A DNA stretch of 64,000 bases, from the NCBI GenBank assembly GCA_004764695.1, contig SMSO01000031.1, positions 7,670,761-7,734,760 on the forward strand, given 5' to 3'. Numbering within the stretch: the stretch's first letter is position 1; every line of letters begins with the position of its first letter. Under the pieces are notes generated by a model. The model was not told where the DNA came from and searched no databases. It worked only from the letters and a program-made list of their open reading frames with translations. Shown piece after piece: positions 59,197 through 64,000 of the stretch. Source of the DNA: Schizochytrium sp. TIO01. Its lineage: Eukaryota; Protista; Bigyra: Labyrinthulomycetes. The position numbers were made by a program, and so were the translations under genes.

Positions 59197-61083
59197 TTAG
59201 TGTGCGTGTTCATGAGGGGTTTCGAGCTCCATCATATGCGAGGGAGCACTACTGTGAGAGTCAGGGGGCAGGAGGGTGTTAAGGGTGAGTTTCGGGAGGT
59301 CGCCCGCGCCACCATCGTGCATGGCGTGATCGTGGTGCCCCCGACCATGATCAGGGCCTGCACCGTAAGCACTAGGAGACATCATCGGGTCATTCGAGTA
59401 TAAAGAGTTGGCGTCTGACGAGGGTGGCGACATTTGTTGCTGGTGTTGAATGTGATGGATCTGATGCTGATGGTGGTCGGGCTCGGAGAAGTGGACATGC
59501 GGGCGGTTGAGTTCGACCTCATCACCCATAGCGAACTGTTCAGCAGCCGCAGCGGCAATTCGTGCCTCGTATAGCTGCTGCTCATACTGGAGCTGCTGAG
59601 GCGTCAGCTGGACGTCTTGATGGTACACAGGTTCTGTTTCAAGCCCCGCTGAGGAGCCTTCGTGGTGGAATTGCTGATGCTGCTGGTGAATTACGCCGGA
59701 CTGCGCTTGCAGAAGCTGCTGGTGTTGTTGTTGTTGTTGTTGCTGGTGCTGTTGCATCAGCTGCTGGTGATGGGAGTCCATTGGTGGGAGGTACAGATGG
59801 TCCTCGTGGTGTTGTTGCTGGTGTTGCTGTTGTTGTTGCTGCTGGTGTTGGTGCTGCTGGTGGAGCATCTGCTGTTGCATTTGCAGCTGGTGCTGTTGGT
59901 GCATTTGAGGGTTGTTGTTATTGTTGTTTGCCCCGTTGTTGCCCCCGTTTCCCGCAAGCGGGTTCATGCGTTTTACAGCAGCGACAAACCCCTTTTTGGA
60001 TTTACGCTTGCCGTTGTAATCTGTGAGTGACCTGTCAATGTTGGGTGTAATGGGAGTGGCAGGAACTGAAGCCATCTGCTCAACCCATGGGTGCTTCAGC
60101 AACTGATCCGTGTCGTAGCGCTTCTCAGGGTCGACCACGATCAGGCGTTTAATCAAATCCTTGGCAAGATGTGAGATGTGGTCCCATGCAGGGTCATCAA
60201 AGTCGAACTCGCCCTTGCAGATATTACTCCACAGTTGAGCGTCCGAGGCATCGCCATCCGGATCGAATGGATGGTACGCTCCGAGAATAACAAAGAGAAT
60301 CACGCCAACGCTCCACAAGTCTACCTTGGCGGTGTAGCACGCAGGTCCACCCTCCTCCTGCATTGTAGTCTTTACCTCAGGGGCACAGTATGCCCAAGTA
60401 CCACAAACAGTGCGCATTGTGGCATTTTCTACGTTGTCGACGATGTTGGCGAGACCAAAATCAGCAATCTTGAGCTCGCTGTCATCGCCCTTGTGGGCAA
60501 GCAAAAGATTCTCTGGTTTCAGGTCTCTGTGGACGATACCAGCACGATGAAGAAACTTGAGAGCTTGCCCAATTTTGCGTATGTGATGACTAGCCTCCTG
60601 CTCGGAGTAAGGTCCCTTCTCTACCATGCGATCAAAGAGCTCTCCACCGGTGAGGAGTTCGAGTACAAGGATTAGCTCCGTCTCTGTGATAAAGATATCA
60701 TAAAGCGTGACAATATTGGGGTGGCGGCCAACCTTTTTCAGGACCTCAACCTCACGACGCAGGGCTTCTACGCGGGATTTACTGATCTGGATGCGCTTGA
60801 CAGCAACTTGCCTGCCGGTTTCTTTGTGTGTGCCCAGGTTCACCGTGGCGTAATGTCCTCTGCCCAACACTGTGTTGTAGTCCACATCATACGACGCTGA
60901 GATCGGTCCTTTGCTTAGAAGAAGCTCTACAGTCTCTGAGGCATCATTGTCTGCGGCAAGTGATTGTCCATTTCCCAAACTCGGTCGGCTTCCTCTGACC
61001 GCACTTCCTCCAGGAGCTGCCTTCTTGGTGGATCCTGTAGCACCTGCCTTGCCCGGGCGGAACTTCTTCTGCGTGTTACCCAT
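59197..61083 (-). CDS. Ca2+/calmodulin-dependent (CAMK-group) Ser/Thr kinase with Q/H-rich tail
   Basis: LGRGHYATV, VAVK, HRDLKPENLL, IADFGL and CGTWAYCAPE motifs. First ATG gives MGNTQKK; an additional upstream exon cannot be excluded. Confidence 0.88.
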   Translation of the reverse strand: MGNTQKKFRPGKAGATGSTKKAAPGGSAVRGSRPSLGNGQSLAADNDASETVELLLSKGPISASYDVDYNTVLGRGHYATVNLGTHKETGRQVAVKRIQISKSRVEALRREVEVLKKVGRHPNIVTLYDIFITETELILVLELLTGGELFDRMVEKGPYSEQEASHHIRKIGQALKFLHRAGIVHRDLKPENLLLAHKGDDSELKIADFGLANIVDNVENATMRTVCGTWAYCAPEVKTTMQEEGGPACYTAKVDLWSVGVILFVILGAYHPFDPDGDASDAQLWSNICKGEFDFDDPAWDHISHLAKDLIKRLIVVDPEKRYDTDQLLKHPWVEQMASVPATPITPNIDRSLTDYNGKRKSKKGFVAAVKRMNPLAGNGGNNGANNNNNNPQMHQQHQLQMQQQMLHQQHQHQQQQQQQHQQQHHEDHLYLPPMDSHHQQLMQQHQQQQQQQHQQLLQAQSGVIHQQHQQFHHEGSSAGLETEPVYHQDVQLTPQQLQYEQQLYEARIAAAAAEQFAMGDEVELNRPHVHFSEPDHHQHQIHHIQHQQQMSPPSSDANSLYSNDPMMSPSAYGAGPDHGRGHHDHAMHDGGAGDLPKLTLNTLLPPDSHSSAPSHMMELETPHEHAH

Positions 61084-61858
61084 GGTGCTCAGCGATTTCA
61101 CGAAGTCAGCAGTGAAATCAAGTTTATAGGTCCCTGGCTCAGGTCCTTTCTCTAAGTAAATAAGCAAACTCGCTCACCGAAGAGCAGAATATGTATGACC
61201 CCAATGAGGATCTTGAAGAACGAGAGCAGCTCGATCAAAAGTCTGCTGCGACAAAACTCAATGATCTCTGTGCCAGCGCAACAAAAGATCAGAGATGGGA
61301 CTCGACGCGACGCGACGAGACGAGACGAGACTAGACGAGACGAGGTAAGAGAGTTGCAACCTTGAGACTCCTGCTTGCGATCGCAGTAGTTTCTAAGAGG
61401 CTATTGGCAAAGTTGTCAGGCAGTATAGAACCGGTCGTCAGCCCAACACAAAGCTTGCGAAATCGATAAAATAACCTGCACTCAGAATAAGTCTCAGGAG
61501 TCCTGCTACCAATGAGACTATGTCTCAAAGACCACGTTCGAGTAGAGCCTACCTCGCTTCGCGTGCAAGTTTTGCCGACTGCAGCTTGTTTATATTCCTC
61601 CTATTTATCAAGGAAGGAAGGAAGGATGGATGGATGGAGTGACGACTGATCTCCAAACCGACGTCACGAGCGGGTCGAGGGTTGAAAACCTGGTCACTTG
61701 AGCTGCTTGAGGCCTAGCTTGCACCTCCCGGAGTTCAATCTGGCCTGTTCTGCGCCAGGGTCGCCGAGGCAGGTTCGCGTCACCCCGCTGGATGTGTGAA
61801 TGAACGAACGAAACAAAGAAACAAAGAAAGAAATGCGAAAGGAACGAACGAAAGGAAC

Positions 61859-62152
61859 CAATCAATCAATCAATCAATCAATCGATCAATCAATCAATCG
61901 CCCAATCACTCGATCGATCGTCCTTCGACGGTACGTCAGACAGTCGCAGCCGAGCTGGAGAGCAGCCACTTGAGAGATGCGTCGCAGATGCAGGTCCACC
62001 GCCGCCCCTTCTTCGGTGCCTGCTGCCGTTCTGACGCTGTCCGCAGAGTTTGCCTGACTGCCTGTCTGACTGACTGTCTGTACGTACGTATTCTTCACAT
62101 AGTACTAATAGGTAGGTAGGTAGGAGGTAGGTAGGTAGGAAGGTAGATAGGT
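61859..62152. repeat. (CAAT)n and (GGTA)n microsatellites upstream of the kinase gene
   Basis: 61859-61899 CAAT units; 62109-62152 GGTA units. Confidence 0.85.
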
Positions 62153-62870
62153 CCTAAGTACCTGTTATACCATCTAAAGGTAGAAAGAGTTAAAAAAACC
62201 AAAAAAACATGTCTCCTTTCTATTCTTTATAATCAATCCAAAGAACTTTGAAAATAGTTCTGTACAAAACTCGTATTTTATTCACAAAATCCCTGCTACT
62301 TAAGTTCCACGCATGCTACTGCCCTCCTACACATTACACTAGCAGCACTGGCAAGGGAAGTTTTTATTTTTTGGTTTTATTTTTGGTTTTGTTTTTTGTC
62401 TTTAATTCCCCAAACAATCTGTGCTGCGCAATCTATATAGGTACTTTTTAGTACAAACAAAAACAAATCCTTCATCATTTCAAGTGATGAGTTTGTTATT
62501 TTAAGCTTTAATTGATTTAAAGTAATGTTAAAGTAAATAAGAAGCTCCTCGTTTATGAAATAGCTTTTGCATTTCGTAAGTCTTTCATTTATCTCGTTTC
62601 GATCAGCTGATTCATGTCATGAATATCCAACATTCGAAGAACTAACTCGCTCATTTATTATTTACTTACTTACTGACTTACTGATTGACTGAAGTGCCTC
62701 TGACCAAGTGACAGAGTGCTCAATTACTTCGCCTCCAAAGCTCTTTCTTTTTCTTCTTCTGCTTTGCTTTTTATGTGGGTATAATAATCATCGTCTCCTC
62801 ATTAGGAGCCGACTACCGACTTCTACGCTCTATTCGCAAAATTGTTCTCTCTTAGTTTAGTTTATCGCCC

Positions 62871-63132
62871 TATTATTATTATTATTATTATTATTATTGC
62901 CTTCGGCAATTGATGATCGATGATGGATGTCCTGGCAAGATTTGGCTTTTCCCCAAAACCCTGAGTGAAGCCGCCCAAAGTGGTCATCCAAACCCACTAT
63001 TGACATACGAGCGGCCTCTCTTTCGAGCACCCCTTTCCGTAAGCACGGCGTATCTCCAAAGCCACGCAACGGAACGAAGAGGACGCGCGAACCTTCGAAC
63101 GCGAAGAAAGCTTTGCTTGTGCATCTCTCTTT

Positions 63133-63192
<60 letters not shown>

Positions 63193-63460
63193 TGCTCGTG
63201 TAGGTACCTCCTAGGGATTTGGCTAACTATACAACTAGCTAGCTATATCTACATGCGAAAGCAGAAATGAATAATCAATGCTCCATAAGCAGACATACAC
63301 ATGGATACATCCAATACAATCATAGATACACAATCATAGATACACAATCATAGATAAGCAGTCATAGATACACAAACATTTATACAAACATGCATACACA
63401 GAATATGAGATTATTATAGGACGCAGTGGGTCTTTGTTTGTTTGTTTGTTTGTTTGTTTG
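62871..63460. repeat. Cluster of simple repeats: (TAT)n 62871-62898, (TTTC)n 63131-63193, 14-nt ACAATCATAGATAC unit ~63316-63374, (GTTT)n 63433-63460
   Basis: Read directly. Confidence 0.88.
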
Positions 63461-64000
63461 TTGTCTGACCTATGATCTGTGTGGAAGTCGAAACGAACAA
63501 ACTGAATAACAGAGAGAGTAAAGTTCTGTCTCAGCTCAGACTTCATTTCTTTTATTACGAAACTCGGCGGTGCGTGTTTTACTAGTTAGTATACCGTACA
63601 ATCGGTGCTCGCTTTGCAAGCGAACTGCAAATGCGCTGCAGCTTTGGCAAAGAGAGCGGCCTCAACTTATCGAAAAGCTGCCGAGGCGAGCTGGTTCCGG
63701 GTTCTTTTCTGCCCGAGTTTCTGAATGCTTGTTTGCTTGCTTGGTTTGTTGATTGCTTGTTCTGGGCCCGAGCTCTGCAAGCATTCCATTCAATTTAGCT
63801 GTGATAAGGAGCGCTTCAACTTTCAGTGTTCTTACTGTGAGGAAGCAATCGAAATATGCGCACCCTCTTCGTCGCACTGCTAGCAATACGCGTAGGCGGT
63901 GCTAGCGAAAGAGAATCAAGGCTTCTTTTCAGACCACCTTTCTTTCCCCTTTTATATGGGTTATATGAAGGTAGGAAGGCCCGTCTTTTATTTATGTGGT

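Noticed and set aside
63316-63374. 14-nt tandem repeat as a CRISPR-like array
   Set aside because: No spacers and a eukaryotic context; it is an ordinary minisatellite.

Overview
Gene-dense, intron-poor eukaryotic nuclear DNA. It is most consistent with a flagellated stramenopile such as a thraustochytrid/labyrinthulomycete; this is an inference from gene content, intron scarcity and the microsatellite-rich intergenic regions. I resolve 15 protein-coding genes: an EH-domain synergin-gamma-like protein, a THAP-like zinc-finger protein, a ~4,850-aa intronless multi-ASH-domain (Hydin/CFAP-like) protein, an IQ-repeat/B-box/WW protein, a 3-exon EFCAB9 homologue (Ca2+ sensor of the CatSper channel), a RIF1-like protein, a Ulp1/SENP SUMO protease, a cis-prenyltransferase, a CSDE1/UNR-like protein, an acidic unknown protein, a 4-exon 118-aa Cys-rich protein, a tetraspanin, an ABHD-type hydrolase, a SpoU methyltransferase and a CaMK-family kinase. 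Two things stand out. (1) A putative flagellar Ca2+-signalling neighbourhood: EFCAB9 lies head-to-head with the IQ-repeat gene, which lies next to the giant ASH gene. (2) Six single-nucleotide reading-frame breaks (five +1, one -1) interrupt four large genes, all between 13.7 and 33.7 kb. Several resemble known programmed-frameshift motifs, but each can also be explained as a one-base A/T run-length error, so assembly error remains the more parsimonious explanation until reads are checked. I saw no tRNA, rRNA, CRISPR array or intact mobile element. All family assignments are by-eye motif recognition, not database searches.
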